Below, piece after piece: positions 9,896 to 23,693 of a stretch of DNA of 64,000 nt (positions are counted from its first letter, which is position 1; every line of letters begins with the position of its first letter). The stretch is from contig CACHCR010000002.1 of assembly GCA_902578385.1 (NCBI GenBank), positions 65,873 to 129,872 on the forward strand. The letters run 5' to 3'. A program made the translations under genes and the position numbers. The notes beneath the pieces were generated by a model. The model searched no databases, was not told the DNA's origin, and saw only the letters and a list, made by a program, of their open reading frames with translations. This DNA is from an uncultured Fidelibacterota bacterium. Its GTDB lineage: Bacteria > Fidelibacterota > Marinisomatia > Marinisomatales > Marinisomataceae.

Positions 9896-11317
9896 ATGAC
9901 CTTAATTAAAGACATAATTAACCAAAACAAGAGATTAGCAAAGATATCAAAGATTGTATCTGACTTAAGTACAGAGTCAAATATAAAATCTTATCTAGTT
10001 GGAGGGTGTGTAAGGGATTTGATGCTTAACCCTTCAGCTGATTCGATTGATATAGATATTATGGTTGAGGGAGATGGTATTAGTTTTGCAAAATTGTTAG
10101 CTAAAAAAATGAATGTTCCTAAAGTCGTTCCTTTCCCAAAGTTTGCAACTGCAAAAATTCCATATCATGAATATGAAATAGAAGTTGCTTCTGCAAGACT
10201 TGAATCATACGATAAATCCTCAAGGAATCCTTCATCTATTCAAATATCTAATATTCAAGATGATTTATTAAGAAGAGATTTTACCATTAATGCAATGGCT
10301 ATTTCATTAAATGAAAATAATTTTGGAGAATTTTTTGATCCTTTCAATGGAATGGAAGATTTAAAAAATAAAATTTTGAAAACACCCTTAAATCCCGATA
10401 ATACATTTTCTGATGATCCATTAAGAATGATGAGAGCATGCTATTTTGCATCTAAACTTTCTTTAGAAATTGAGCCTGAGTGTTTATTATCAATACAAAA
10501 TAATTCTGAGAGAATTTCAATTGTTTCTCAAGAAAGAATTACTAATGAGTTGTTTAAGATTCTAGGAACTGACAGACCATCTATCGGATTAAATATTTTG
10601 CAACAATCCGGATTAATGGAATATGTTTTCCCAGAAATTTCAATAATGTATGGCTTAGATCAATCAAATGAGTATCATCATAAAGATATATTTTATCACA
10701 CGCTAGAAGTTGTAGATAATGCCGCAAAATTATCTAATAATGTTGATTTAAGACTAGCAGCTCTAGTTCATGACATTGCGAAACCGAAAACAAGAAGGTT
10801 AAGCAAATCTAAAGGTTATACATTTTATGGGCATGATGATGTTGGTGCTAGAATGTTAAAGGGCGTAGCTGAAAGCATGAAATTTTCAAATTCTACCAGA
10901 GATTTTATTACAAAACTGACGGCATTGCACCTGAGACCAATTAGTTTAGCAAAAAAAGAAGTAACTGATTCTGCTATAAGGAGGTTAATTGTAGATGCTG
11001 GAGAAGAAATTGATGATTTAATGACATTATGTAGAGCTGATATCACTACTAAAAACCCAAAAAATATTTCAAAGTATTTAGCAAATTTTGATAGAGTTGA
11101 CAAAAGAATAAAAGAGGTTACAGAGATCGATAAATTGAAAGCTTTTCAATCTCCAGTAAGAGGTGATGAAATAATGAAAATGTTTAATCTCTCCCCCGGG
11201 AAAGAAGTTGGAAAGATTAAAACTATGATAGAGGATGCAATTATTAATGGAGAAATTAAAAATGATTATTCCTCTGCAATATCTTTTTTAACCAAAATTA
11301 AACAAGAAAAAAAATAA
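9896..11317 (+). CDS. cca: CCA-adding tRNA nucleotidyltransferase with HD domain
   Basis: VGGCVRD, DIDI, RRDFTINA, DDPLRMMRA, HDIAKP. Confidence 0.88.
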   Translation: MTLIKDIINQNKRLAKISKIVSDLSTESNIKSYLVGGCVRDLMLNPSADSIDIDIMVEGDGISFAKLLAKKMNVPKVVPFPKFATAKIPYHEYEIEVASARLESYDKSSRNPSSIQISNIQDDLLRRDFTINAMAISLNENNFGEFFDPFNGMEDLKNKILKTPLNPDNTFSDDPLRMMRACYFASKLSLEIEPECLLSIQNNSERISIVSQERITNELFKILGTDRPSIGLNILQQSGLMEYVFPEISIMYGLDQSNEYHHKDIFYHTLEVVDNAAKLSNNVDLRLAALVHDIAKPKTRRLSKSKGYTFYGHDDVGARMLKGVAESMKFSNSTRDFITKLTALHLRPISLAKKEVTDSAIRRLIVDAGEEIDDLMTLCRADITTKNPKNISKYLANFDRVDKRIKEVTEIDKLKAFQSPVRGDEIMKMFNLSPGKEVGKIKTMIEDAIINGEIKNDYSSAISFLTKIKQEKK

Positions 11318-11433
11318 CTTTGCTTTCAAAAATGTAAACTTTACTTTACTTGTCCTAAAATAATATTATTTATTGGGATGAAAGATGGAAACTTTTCGAT
11401 GTAAATTACGTCTATAAAGTGACAAGGGAATAA

Positions 11434-12702
11434 ATGAAAATAAAAGTATTACTTATATTACTATTTTGTTTGGTAAATGCACAAACATTGAGCGTCGATG
11501 AAGCTGTTAGAATTGCTTTAGAGAATAAAGCTGCTATCACTAATGCAGAAAAAGATGTTACAATTGCTAAGCTCAATAGAAATTCTACAGCATCTCTTTT
11601 ATTACCCTCTATAAATGCAAGTAATTCATTTAGGGAAACTACATATGGTAATTCCATACTTTCAGGATCAGAATCATATTCTGGTGGGGTTAATTTATCT
11701 CAAAGCTTATTTAATTTTGGCGGCAAGGTTAATTCAGTTCGTCAAAGTGATAATTCTTATCAGATTTCAAGAATTCAAAAGAGAAGTACTACTTCTAGGA
11801 TAATCCTAAATGTTTACACTTTTTATTATGATTATTTAAAAAATTCAGAATTATATGAAATTGCAAAAGAAGACTTACAACTATCTCAAAGACAGCTTGA
11901 TTTAGTTAAACAGCAATTTGATCTTGGAGCTGTTAGTAAGACTGATTATTTAAAAGCTACTGTAAGATATGGTACTGCAAAATCAACTTTATTAAATAGA
12001 GAACTAAGTTTTAATAATTCTTTTAAAAATCTTAGAAATAGTATGGGGCTTATTGGTACAGATACATTAATCAATCTTCCTAAAAAAGTTGAAATAAATT
12101 TAATCATCCCTTCATTTGATGAGGCTTATCAGTTAATGTTATCTAGCAGTCCAAGTTTAAATATTTTAGATAGAAGAGTTACATCAGCAAAAATTGGTGT
12201 TAAGCAATCATGGGCTTCAAGTTTACCAAGCTTAAATATGAGCCTTGGATATAATGCTACATCAAGTGACCAAGTTACAAAACAGTATTTTGAAGATAAT
12301 TATATAAAAAGTGCAAACTTGACTCTTAGTATTCCACTTTTTAATGGTTTTAGACAAAGAAATGATATAAAAATTTCTAAACTACAGTTATCTCAAGAAC
12401 AAGCCTCATATAGTTCTGCTATCAAAGATGCTGAAGTAGATCTTTATTCTTTGCTTAATCGATTAAATAATTATGAAGAATTAATCCCTATTCAAGAAGA
12501 AGTATTATTATCTGCCGAAGAAGATTTAAAGCTGGCTCAACAAAAGTATGAACTTGGCTCTGCAGATATTCTTGAGTTGTTGGATGCACAATTAGCTGTT
12601 ATTCAAGCAAGTTCATCATTAGTATCAACAAAATATGATGCAGCTATTCAGCTAGCGAATCTTGATGATCTCATTGGAACACTAGATAAAAAATATAAAT
12701 AA
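11434..12702 (+). CDS. TolC-family outer membrane efflux protein
   Basis: Signal peptide, two OEP repeats (LPSIN/LPSLN, IPLFNG, YELG...LELLDAQ). Confidence 0.9.
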   Translation: MKIKVLLILLFCLVNAQTLSVDEAVRIALENKAAITNAEKDVTIAKLNRNSTASLLLPSINASNSFRETTYGNSILSGSESYSGGVNLSQSLFNFGGKVNSVRQSDNSYQISRIQKRSTTSRIILNVYTFYYDYLKNSELYEIAKEDLQLSQRQLDLVKQQFDLGAVSKTDYLKATVRYGTAKSTLLNRELSFNNSFKNLRNSMGLIGTDTLINLPKKVEINLIIPSFDEAYQLMLSSSPSLNILDRRVTSAKIGVKQSWASSLPSLNMSLGYNATSSDQVTKQYFEDNYIKSANLTLSIPLFNGFRQRNDIKISKLQLSQEQASYSSAIKDAEVDLYSLLNRLNNYEELIPIQEEVLLSAEEDLKLAQQKYELGSADILELLDAQLAVIQASSSLVSTKYDAAIQLANLDDLIGTLDKKYK

Positions 12703-12711
12703 GGAGAATTT

Positions 12712-13971
12712 GTGAAGAATTTAATTGAAAAAATTATGCAACATAAAATGAAAGTTTTAGGACTTTTGATAGTTGTCTTAGGATTATCGTTTTTTTCTGG
12801 AAATGGTGATGATGCAACATTAGAAGTTTCAGTGCAAAAAGTGCAAAAAAAAGATCTTTCAAGTAAAGTAGTTGCAGACGGAGTTTTAACCCCTGAGACC
12901 GAAGTAAAGCTTAGCGCTAATAACACAACTTACATTACTGAAATTGCAGTTAAAGAAGGCGATTTTGTCAAAAAAGGTGATTTTTTAATGTCACTGGATG
13001 ATCGTCAACAAAAAGCTGCAACAGAAGCTTCAAGAGCAAGTTTAGAGGCAGCTAAAGTTCAGTTAGAACAAAGAAAAGCACAGCAAGAAAGGCAAGCAAA
13101 ATTATATGCTCAGGGACTTATTTCTGATCAAGAAATGGAATCTACAAATTCTTCATATGCCTCTGCTTTAAGTGCTTTTAATGGAGCACAATCTAGATTA
13201 ATTCAAGATGAAGATGCATTAGCTAAGCTAAGATTAATTGCTCCTCAGGATGGAACAATCACTTTTATTGATGGAGAAGTAGGTGATTTGGCTCAAGGTG
13301 GAATGTTTAATCCTAGCGTTCTATTAAAATTATCTGATTTATCTAAAATGGAAGTTTATGTTAATGTAAATGAAAATGACATTGCTGATATATCCTTAAA
13401 TGATTCAGCTTTAATTCAAGTAGACGCTTATCAAAATAGAAAATTTAAAGGTCTTGTTAAAGAAGTTGCATATGCTGCTACTACTTCTAGTGGCGGATCA
13501 TCTCAACAAGTAACGAATTTTCAGGTCAAAGTTCAAATGTTAGAAGTGGTAGAAGGTATGAGACCGGGAATGAGTGCTACTGTTGATATTGTTACAGAAG
13601 AAAGAATAGGAGTAATTGCTATTCCTATTCAGGCATTGACTACACCAAGATCGCCAAAAAAGTCTGAAAATAAGTCGGGATTTTCTGCTGAAGTTAGCGT
13701 GAATGGAGACTCACAATGGTCCAATAGAAATCAATATGGAGATAAAAAAAGTAAATCAACTGTTGTTTTTATTTTAAAGAACGATAACACTGTCGAAGAG
13801 CGTGTTGTTGAAGCAGGTATTGTTGGAGATAGAGATTATGAAATTATCTCAGGTTTAGATGAAGGTGAAACAATTGTTACTGGAAGTTTTATAGCAATTA
13901 GTAGAGAATTATTTGATGGAGCAGTTGTGAAGGTTAAAGAGAACTCTAGACCAAATCGTAAACGTGGCTAA
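12712..13971 (+). CDS. MacA/HlyD-like periplasmic adaptor subunit
   Basis: [10 protein letters not shown] lipoyl half-motif, helical hairpin, IAPQDG, RPGMSA, SGLDEGE. Confidence 0.9.
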   Translation: MKNLIEKIMQHKMKVLGLLIVVLGLSFFSGNGDDATLEVSVQKVQKKDLSSKVVADGVLTPETEVKLSANNTTYITEIAVKEGDFVKKGDFLMSLDDRQQKAATEASRASLEAAKVQLEQRKAQQERQAKLYAQGLISDQEMESTNSSYASALSAFNGAQSRLIQDEDALAKLRLIAPQDGTITFIDGEVGDLAQGGMFNPSVLLKLSDLSKMEVYVNVNENDIADISLNDSALIQVDAYQNRKFKGLVKEVAYAATTSSGGSSQQVTNFQVKVQMLEVVEGMRPGMSATVDIVTEERIGVIAIPIQALTTPRSPKKSENKSGFSAEVSVNGDSQWSNRNQYGDKKSKSTVVFILKNDNTVEERVVEAGIVGDRDYEIISGLDEGETIVTGSFIAISRELFDGAVVKVKENSRPNRKRG

Positions 13972-14653
13972 ATCAAAAAAAGAAATTATATCCATTAAAT
14001 CAGTTTCTAAGATATATAACTTAGGAGAAACAGTCGTTAAGGCTTTAGATAATGTATCTTTAAGTATTTATGATAATGACTACATTTCTATCATGGGTCC
14101 TTCAGGATCTGGAAAATCAACATTGATGAATATTATTGGATGTTTAGATGTTCCAACAAAGGGAAAATACAAATTTAAGAATGAGTTGATTTCAGAAATG
14201 GACGACAATCAGCTTGCTAATATAAGAAACGAAAAAATTGGATTTGTTTTTCAAACTTTTAATCTTCTTCCAAAACTTAATGCAATGCAAAATGTTGAAG
14301 TTCCTTTAATTTATTCTTCCCTAGGAAGAAAAGATAGAAAAGAACGAGCAGAAGAAGCTTTACACATTGTTGGATTGCAAGATAGGATGACTCATAAGCC
14401 GAATGAATTATCTGGAGGTCAAAGACAAAGAGTTGCTATTGCAAGAGCATTAGTAAACAAGCCATCTATTATTTTGGCTGACGAACCTACTGGTAATTTA
14501 GATTCAAAAAGCGGTAATGAGATTTTAAAGTTTTTTACTAAACTTCATAAAGATGGAAATACAATCATTATGGTAACACATGAAGAGTCAGTAGCCAAGC
14601 TTTCAAAAAGAAGAATTGATATTTTTGACGGAAAAATTGCCAGAGATGAATAA
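13964..14653 (+). CDS. ABC transporter ATP-binding protein (MacB/LolD-type)
   Basis: GPSGSGKS Walker [23 protein letters not shown]. Confidence 0.95.
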   Translation: MAKSKKEIISIKSVSKIYNLGETVVKALDNVSLSIYDNDYISIMGPSGSGKSTLMNIIGCLDVPTKGKYKFKNELISEMDDNQLANIRNEKIGFVFQTFNLLPKLNAMQNVEVPLIYSSLGRKDRKERAEEALHIVGLQDRMTHKPNELSGGQRQRVAIARALVNKPSIILADEPTGNLDSKSGNEILKFFTKLHKDGNTIIMVTHEESVAKLSKRRIDIFDGKIARDE

Positions 14654-15887
14654 TTTTTTAAAAAATATTATTATTGGTTTATTCTCTGTGAGGTCAAATT
14701 TAACTCGAGTTATTTTAACTGCATCTGGATTAACTATTGGTATTTTTACTGTAAGCTTAGTTTCTGCTGCTGTTTCAAGTATTGATAAAGAATTTGCTAA
14801 ATCAATGGATTACTATGGAAATGATAAAGTATATGTAGGAACATGGCCGTGGTCTTTTGATTTTGACTGGTGGAAATATAGAAATCGTCCAAAAATTGAA
14901 GAGTCTTCATTAGAGTATATTTCTCAATATAGTGAATACATTACAGATGTAAGTATCAAGAAAAATACTTGGACTAAAGCTACTTATGGGAATAAAGCTT
15001 CTTGGGTTCAGCTGAACGGAGTGTATCCAAGCTATCAAGATATGTTAAGTGGAACTAAGATTGAAAATGGAAGATTTTTCTCACAAAATGAATGGGACTT
15101 ACAAAGAAGAGTTATCATTGTTGGAGGAACAGTAAGGGATGGGTTTTTTCAGGGTAAAAATCCTATTGGTAAAAAAATAAGACTCAATAATGTTACTTTT
15201 GAAATTATCGGTGAGCTGAAAAAGCAAGGGATAGGAATGGTTCCTGGCGGAACATTAGATAATTTAGTAATTATGCCTTCAACCACTTTTGAAAGAATAC
15301 TTACAAGATGGGGATTTGATGAATTGGTTTTACAAACTAATCCAGAAGATATTCCTTTAGCTAAAGAAGAGGTTGGAATGATTATGCGTGTTGCTAGAAA
15401 AATTCCACCAGGAGATGATGATAATTTTGCTGTTAATTCTGCTGATGCATATATGGAACAATTTAATACAATGAAAAATGCAATAGCAGGTATGGGATTT
15501 CTTGTTACAGGAATCTCTCTAGTGGTTTCTGCAATAGGTATTATGAATGTAATGTTTGTTTCTGTAAGAGAACGGACAAGAGAGATTGGTTTAAGAAAAG
15601 CAATGGGAGCTACAAATTTTAATATTTTGACTCAATTTTTAAGTGAAGCAGTAGCGATAGCAATTATTGGTGGTACAGTTGGTATTGCACTTATAAGATT
15701 AACTGTTTTTGGACTTTCTTCTTTTCCAATACCTAATTTTAATGGATCTACACTTCCAATAAGCTTTGACCTAGTTCTTGTATTCTATACTTTCAGCATT
15801 TGTGTTGTTATCGGTATTTTGGCAGGTATGATTCCAGCTAGAACAGCAGCAAATCTAAATCCTATTGACGCATTAAGAGATGAATAG
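14646..15887 (+). CDS. MacB/FtsX-type ABC permease 1
   Basis: [33 protein letters not shown]; ATG at 14646 overlaps the ATPase stop. Confidence 0.9.
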   Translation: MNNFLKNIIIGLFSVRSNLTRVILTASGLTIGIFTVSLVSAAVSSIDKEFAKSMDYYGNDKVYVGTWPWSFDFDWWKYRNRPKIEESSLEYISQYSEYITDVSIKKNTWTKATYGNKASWVQLNGVYPSYQDMLSGTKIENGRFFSQNEWDLQRRVIIVGGTVRDGFFQGKNPIGKKIRLNNVTFEIIGELKKQGIGMVPGGTLDNLVIMPSTTFERILTRWGFDELVLQTNPEDIPLAKEEVGMIMRVARKIPPGDDDNFAVNSADAYMEQFNTMKNAIAGMGFLVTGISLVVSAIGIMNVMFVSVRERTREIGLRKAMGATNFNILTQFLSEAVAIAIIGGTVGIALIRLTVFGLSSFPIPNFNGSTLPISFDLVLVFYTFSICVVIGILAGMIPARTAANLNPIDALRDE

Positions 15888-17151
15888 AATAATAAATTAT
15901 TTAATTGATGCTATCGGAGGAGTCCTTTTTTATTTTGGACAAACAAAATTAAGAACTGCACTAACTCTTATGGGTATTACTGTAGGAGTTTCTTCTATTA
16001 TTGCAATTATGACTGTTTTAGAAACTTTTGAACAGTCTACTGAATCTCTTGTTTCAGATATGAAAACAAATATTTTTTACATTACAAAAGATAATCCTGT
16101 TCAAGTACAATTTGGTAATGATGCAGGGTGGGGTAGGCAAAAAATACCGAGAATCACGTGGGACGAGTATGAACAACTAAAACGAAATCTTACCTTAACA
16201 ACAAACATGGCTGCTACAACAGCTGAAGAACCTAGCGATAGAACAATATCTGTTGGAAAAGAAGAGTTAAAAAGTAGGCTATCAAGTTTTTGGGGTTCTG
16301 ATGGTGACGTTTTATCTGTTTCTAAATATGATATTCTTGATGGAAGAAATATGCAAGATGTAGATATTGAAAATGCTAGCCGAGTTGCTATTGTAGGATA
16401 CTACATTAAAGAACAGCTTTTTCCGTATTCTAACCCAGTGGGTCAAAGTATAGAGATTGATAATATTCCATTTGAGATAATTGCCTTAACTGAACCTAAA
16501 GGTGAATTATTAGGGCAAAACATGGACGCTATGATAGGTATTCCTATAAGTACATATATAAAATACTTTGGAGGTAAAGGATGGAGGGGAAGACCTGATC
16601 TTCAACTTATTTTAGAAGCTGAATCAATGGATGCTTTAGAAGATGCAACTGATGAAGCCATTGGAGTTTTTAGAGCTATAAGAAAAATTGCTCCAGGCGA
16701 ACCAAATAATTTTTATATCGCGACCAATGATCAATTGATGGATACTTTTGGAAGTTTTACATCATCATTAAAAATCTTTGTTGGTTTGGTTGCAGGTATT
16801 TCTTTAATAGTTGCTGGAATTGGTATTGCTAACATCATGCTTGTATCTTTAACTGAAAGAATTAAAGAAATTGGAATTAGAAAAGCATTGGGGGCAAGAA
16901 GAATAGATATTTTTTTGCAATTCTTGATTGAGGCAGTACTCATTTCCGTTCTTGGTGGAATTGTAGGAATTATTTTAGGGTTATCATTCGGGAATGTTGT
17001 AGCAACATTTCTTGATCAAGATCCTGTTATTCCTTATGAATGGGTTTTTTATAGTTTACAAATTTGTGCTTCTATGGGAATAATATTTGGTTTATATCCT
17101 GCAATCAGAGCCTCAAAATTGAATCCAATTGACTCAATGAGATACGACTAA
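15880..17151 (+). CDS. MacB/FtsX-type ABC permease 2
   Basis: RTALTLMGITVGV, GIANIMLVSLTERIKEIGIRKALGA, LNPIDSMR. Confidence 0.9.
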   Translation: MNRIINYLIDAIGGVLFYFGQTKLRTALTLMGITVGVSSIIAIMTVLETFEQSTESLVSDMKTNIFYITKDNPVQVQFGNDAGWGRQKIPRITWDEYEQLKRNLTLTTNMAATTAEEPSDRTISVGKEELKSRLSSFWGSDGDVLSVSKYDILDGRNMQDVDIENASRVAIVGYYIKEQLFPYSNPVGQSIEIDNIPFEIIALTEPKGELLGQNMDAMIGIPISTYIKYFGGKGWRGRPDLQLILEAESMDALEDATDEAIGVFRAIRKIAPGEPNNFYIATNDQLMDTFGSFTSSLKIFVGLVAGISLIVAGIGIANIMLVSLTERIKEIGIRKALGARRIDIFLQFLIEAVLISVLGGIVGIILGLSFGNVVATFLDQDPVIPYEWVFYSLQICASMGIIFGLYPAIRASKLNPIDSMRYD

Positions 17152-17168
17152 ATTTCATAGCCTTTTTC

Positions 17169-17197
17169 TTGCTGTAATGTTTCTAATCATCTAAATT
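17169..17197 (+). promoter_or_regulatory. Putative sigma70-type promoter for the gatC-kds operon
   Basis: TTGCTG-17 nt-TAAATT ending 14 nt before the gatC ATG. Confidence 0.4.
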
Positions 17198-17211
17198 GTC
17201 AAAAATAATTT

Positions 17212-17519
17212 ATGTCTAAAAAAAATAAAATTTCAGCACAAGAAGTTAAAAAAATCGCAGAATTATCGAGGCTGTCCTTATCGAGCGATGAGTTAAAAAA
17301 ACGAACAGAAGATATGAATAATATTCTCAATTATATGGACACTTTAAATGAGATTGATACTGAAGATGTTGAAGAGCTGTATAATGTTCATGATATGAAT
17401 AATTCACTAAGGGAAGATAGTTTTGATACTTCTTTAGATAAAAAAGATGTTTTAAAAAATAGCCCTAACTCTAATAATGACTATATAGAAGTTCCACTTA
17501 CTGTTAAAAAGGAAAGCCA

Positions 17520-17523
<4 letters not shown>
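17212..17523 (+). CDS. gatC: Asp/Glu-tRNA amidotransferase subunit C
   Basis: VKKIAELSRL, IL.YM..LNEIDT..VE, LRED, N.P....YIEVP. Confidence 0.9.
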
Positions 17524-19800
<2,277 letters not shown>

Positions 19801-19802
19801 AA

Positions 19803-20624
19803 ATGAATAAAGTCATATTAGATAAAGTTACATTTGGTGATAATTCTATACCATTGATCGGTGGTCCATGTGTTATTGAAAGTAGAGATCATTGTTTGGG
19901 AATGGCTGAAAAAATCACTGAAATTACTACAAAATTAAATATTCCATTTATCTTCAAAAGCTCATTTGATAAAGCAAATAGAACATCTATATCATCTTTT
20001 AGAGGAAATGGTTTAGATGATGGACTTAAAATTCTAGAGGAGATTAAAAGAACATTTAATATTCCAATAACAACAGATATACATCTTCCTGAGCATGCAC
20101 AGGCAGTTAGTGAAGTTGTTGATATTATTCAAATCCCAGCATTTCTTTGTAGACAAACTGATTTATTAATTGCAGCTGCTAAAACTGGTAAAGTAGTAAA
20201 TGTTAAAAAAGGACAATTTTTATCTCCCTATAAGGTTGAAAATATCATTAATAAATTAGAAGAAAATGGAAATAAGAATATCTTAATTACAGAGAGAGGA
20301 AATACCTTCGGCTTTGATAGCTTAGTTACTGATTTAAGATCAATCCCAATTATGAAAAAATTTGGTTATCCAGTTGTATTTGATGCAACACATAGTGCTC
20401 AAATTCCTGGAAATCATGAAAATAATACTGGCGGGAATAGAGAGTATATCCCATCACAAACTTTTGCAGCAGTATCAGCTGGAGCAGATGGAATTTTTAT
20501 GGAAGTGCATGATAACGTAGATAGTGCATTAAGTGATGCGAGTACTCAATGGCCCATAGAAAAATTAGAAAATACTCTTCAGTCTATTCTTGCTTTTAGA
20601 AAAACATATTTAAATCATGGATAA
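19803..20624 (+). CDS. kdsA: KDO-8-phosphate synthase (metal-dependent type)
   Basis: GPCVIES, FDKANRTS, NVKKGQF, DATHS, EVH. Confidence 0.97.
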   Translation: MNKVILDKVTFGDNSIPLIGGPCVIESRDHCLGMAEKITEITTKLNIPFIFKSSFDKANRTSISSFRGNGLDDGLKILEEIKRTFNIPITTDIHLPEHAQAVSEVVDIIQIPAFLCRQTDLLIAAAKTGKVVNVKKGQFLSPYKVENIINKLEENGNKNILITERGNTFGFDSLVTDLRSIPIMKKFGYPVVFDATHSAQIPGNHENNTGGNREYIPSQTFAAVSAGADGIFMEVHDNVDSALSDASTQWPIEKLENTLQSILAFRKTYLNHG

Positions 20625-21159
20625 AAAATTAAAAAAACAACTTTCTGAAATTAAGCTATTGATATGCGATATTGATGGAGTTTTAACTGATGGTTCTTTT
20701 ATTAAAAGTACTTCAGGTGATGAGTTGAGATCTTTCAATGCTCTCGATGGTGTTGGTTTTGTAATGTTAAGACTATTAAATCTACATATTAAAACTGCAT
20801 GGATAACTGGTAGAGAATCACTAACAACAACTCAAAGAGCTGAAGAATTACAAATTGATGATGTATATAACGGAGTTATTAGAAAAATTGATGCATATGA
20901 TGAATTAAAGAAAAAATATAATCTATCTGATCATGAAATATGTTTTATAGGAGACGATATTATTGATATTCCAATTTTAGAAAAAGTAGGATTTGCTGTA
21001 TCAGTACCAAATGCTCCAAAGTATATATCTAATTATTCACATTACGTTACTTCGCTTGAAGGAGGTAAAGGGGCGGTAAGAGAAGTCATTGATTTATTGA
21101 TTGAATCAAGAGGAGATTTTACTTCAAAATTAGATGAACTACTTAATGAACTTAGATGA
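20617..21159 (+). CDS. kdsC: KDO-8-phosphate phosphatase (HAD)
   Basis: DIDGVLTDG, IGDDIID, GGKGAVRE. Confidence 0.92.
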   Translation: MDKKLKKQLSEIKLLICDIDGVLTDGSFIKSTSGDELRSFNALDGVGFVMLRLLNLHIKTAWITGRESLTTTQRAEELQIDDVYNGVIRKIDAYDELKKKYNLSDHEICFIGDDIIDIPILEKVGFAVSVPNAPKYISNYSHYVTSLEGGKGAVREVIDLLIESRGDFTSKLDELLNELR

Positions 21160-21686
21160 TTATTAACTTTAATAAAATATTCTCAATTTATTTAATTCTA
21201 ATTTTATTTTCATGTTCAAAAAGTGAATTAAGTGATAATCTTGCAAAAGATGTACATGATCAATTATCAACAAATGTTGAAATTACACTTACAAAAAAAG
21301 GGAATATTACTGCAAAAATTAAATCAGAAATTCTAAAGAAAAATAATCAATCTCTTCAGCTAGAATTATATAATAACGTTAATGTCAATTTGTTTGATGA
21401 AAGTTTTCAGCAAAAATCTTTAATAAAATCCGAATCAGCGATGGTTAATGAAAAAGAAAATAAAATAAAAGCCTATGGAAATGTTGAGGTTATTTCAGAT
21501 GATGGTAAAGTTTTAAAAACAGATTCTTTATCTTGGGATAACAACTCTGACAGAATTTATACCAATGCAAACCTAGAGTTTATTACTTCAAATACAGATA
21601 CTTTATATGGTACTGGTTTTGAATCCAATATTGATCTAACCGATTGGAATATTTTAAAACCTAAAGGTAGTATTAAAAATGACTAG
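21156..21686 (+). CDS. lptC: LPS export protein LptC (lipoprotein-type N-terminus)
   Basis: LFSC lipobox, beta-jellyroll-like AYGNV/LKTDSLSW/GTGFES, position directly before lptB. Confidence 0.75.
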   Translation: MIINFNKIFSIYLILILFSCSKSELSDNLAKDVHDQLSTNVEITLTKKGNITAKIKSEILKKNNQSLQLELYNNVNVNLFDESFQQKSLIKSESAMVNEKENKIKAYGNVEVISDDGKVLKTDSLSWDNNSDRIYTNANLEFITSNTDTLYGTGFESNIDLTDWNILKPKGSIKND

Positions 21687-22410
21687 AGTTCTTCAAGCTA
21701 AAAATCTCGTAAAGAGATATGGAGATTTTTATGCAGTTAATGATATTGATTTAAATTTGCATAAAGGTGAAGTAGTTGGACTTTTAGGACCAAATGGTGC
21801 TGGTAAAACCACAACATTTTATATGATAACAGGTATGATAAGACCCTCATCTGGCAGAATAATTTTTGGTGATGAAGATATAACAAAATCTCCAATGTAT
21901 AAAAGAGCGCGTATGGGTATTGGATATTTAGCTCAAGAACCATCAATTTTTGGGAAATTAAGTGTTGAAGATAATCTTAAAATTGTTCTTGAAACCATTA
22001 TTCCTGACAAAGATGAGCAGGATGAATTAATTAACCAATTATTAACTGAATTTAATATTTCTCATATAAGAGATAATCTTGGAGCTGGCTTGTCTGGCGG
22101 TGAAAGAAGAAGAGTTGAAATATGTCGTACATTAGCACTAAAACCTGACTTTGTTTTACTGGATGAACCATTTGCAGGTGTTGATCCTATTGCAGTGGAA
22201 GATATCCAACAAATGATTATTTCACTTAAAAAACAAAAAATAGGAGTTTTAATTACAGACCATAATGTTAGGGAGACCCTATCAATCACTGATAGATCGT
22301 ATTTGTTATATGGTGGTAAGATTTTAAAATCTGGGAATGCTCAGACTCTTGCCAATGATGAAGAAGTCAGAAGAATATATTTGGGTAAAAATTTTAAATT
22401 GGATCAATGA
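21679..22410 (+). CDS. lptB: LPS export ABC ATPase LptB
   Basis: GPNGAGKTT, LSGGERRR, DEPFAGVDP, TDHNVRETL, YLG.F. Confidence 0.96.
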   Translation: MTRVLQAKNLVKRYGDFYAVNDIDLNLHKGEVVGLLGPNGAGKTTTFYMITGMIRPSSGRIIFGDEDITKSPMYKRARMGIGYLAQEPSIFGKLSVEDNLKIVLETIIPDKDEQDELINQLLTEFNISHIRDNLGAGLSGGERRRVEICRTLALKPDFVLLDEPFAGVDPIAVEDIQQMIISLKKQKIGVLITDHNVRETLSITDRSYLLYGGKILKSGNAQTLANDEEVRRIYLGKNFKLDQ

Positions 22411-23693
22411 GTAAATTTTCTACAAAGCTCAAACAAAAACAATCTATAGTTCCTCAGCAAATTATAAAATCAAGATTACTTGAGCTATCTATAGATGAGT
22501 TAGAAAAAGATTTAGAAACCGAAATTCAGATTAATCCTGTTTTAGAAGAAAGGAACATAGAAGAATCAAAATCAGGAACTCATACAGATCCATTTCCTGA
22601 TCAAAGTAGTTATGAATTATTTCTAGCTAATATTCCTGCAAGCATAGACATAAGCGATGAGCTAACATCGCAAATTGATACATCTGATTTGGATGATAAA
22701 TCAAAAGCAGTAGCCAAAGAGATTATCTATAATTTGGATAAAAATGGATTCTTAGATATTGAACTTGAATTAATTGCAGATAATCATGGATTAGATATTA
22801 ATGATATAGATAAAATAAGAAGAAAAGTGATGCAGCTTGTTCCTTCCGGAGTTGGAAGTAAAGACCTGCAAGAATATCTTATATATCAAATTGGAGATTC
22901 AAGTACTTTAGCTAATGAAATAGTGCAAGATTATTTTGATGAATTCTTAAATCAAGAAACAAATACAATAAAAGAAAAAATCAAGTGTAGTAACGAAGAG
23001 TTGGAAAATGCTCTCTTATTTATCTCAGAGCAAAATTTTTCTCCTATCTTAGATAATGATTTGGGGAATGAAAATGTTATCCCTGATGCAATAGTCAAAC
23101 AAAAAGATAATCAATGGTTAATTTTAATTAATGATAGATTCCTAAATAAATATCAGATTTCTCAAGATTATTTTGAGGCTGCAATGAATTCTAACTCATC
23201 CAAAGAAGAAAAAACATTTTTAAAGAATCATATTAGTAATGCACAAAACATTTTAGATACATTAGACTATAGATCTAATGTTCTTAAAAGTGTAATAGAG
23301 CAAATTTTATTAGCGCAGGGAGATTATTTGATTGGCAAATCAGATTTTTTAAATCCACTTAAATTGGAGGATATTGCAAAGGTTATTGATAAAGATATTT
23401 CCAGTGTAAGTAGAATTATAAAAAATAAATTTATTGATTCTCCTCTTGGATTAATTAGCTTAAAGAGTTTATTTTCAAATGCCCTTATTAAAAAATCTGG
23501 AGAAGTTACTTCATCAAACGAACTCAAAAAAACTATAAGTAATTTGATTGATGAAGAGGATAAAAAAAATCCACTTTCAGATTCAGATTTAGTGGATAAA
23601 TTAAAAGAAAATGACTTCCTAGTTGCTCGAAGAACAGTCGCAAAATATAGAAAATTATTAAACATTAAAAATGCAAATCAAAGGAAAGAATAA
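22407..23693 (+). CDS. rpoN: RNA polymerase sigma-54 factor
   Basis: Q-rich region I, HTH (SSVSR) and RpoN box ARRTVAKYR; follows lptB as usual. Confidence 0.93.
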   Translation: MSKFSTKLKQKQSIVPQQIIKSRLLELSIDELEKDLETEIQINPVLEERNIEESKSGTHTDPFPDQSSYELFLANIPASIDISDELTSQIDTSDLDDKSKAVAKEIIYNLDKNGFLDIELELIADNHGLDINDIDKIRRKVMQLVPSGVGSKDLQEYLIYQIGDSSTLANEIVQDYFDEFLNQETNTIKEKIKCSNEELENALLFISEQNFSPILDNDLGNENVIPDAIVKQKDNQWLILINDRFLNKYQISQDYFEAAMNSNSSKEEKTFLKNHISNAQNILDTLDYRSNVLKSVIEQILLAQGDYLIGKSDFLNPLKLEDIAKVIDKDISSVSRIIKNKFIDSPLGLISLKSLFSNALIKKSGEVTSSNELKKTISNLIDEEDKKNPLSDSDLVDKLKENDFLVARRTVAKYRKLLNIKNANQRKE

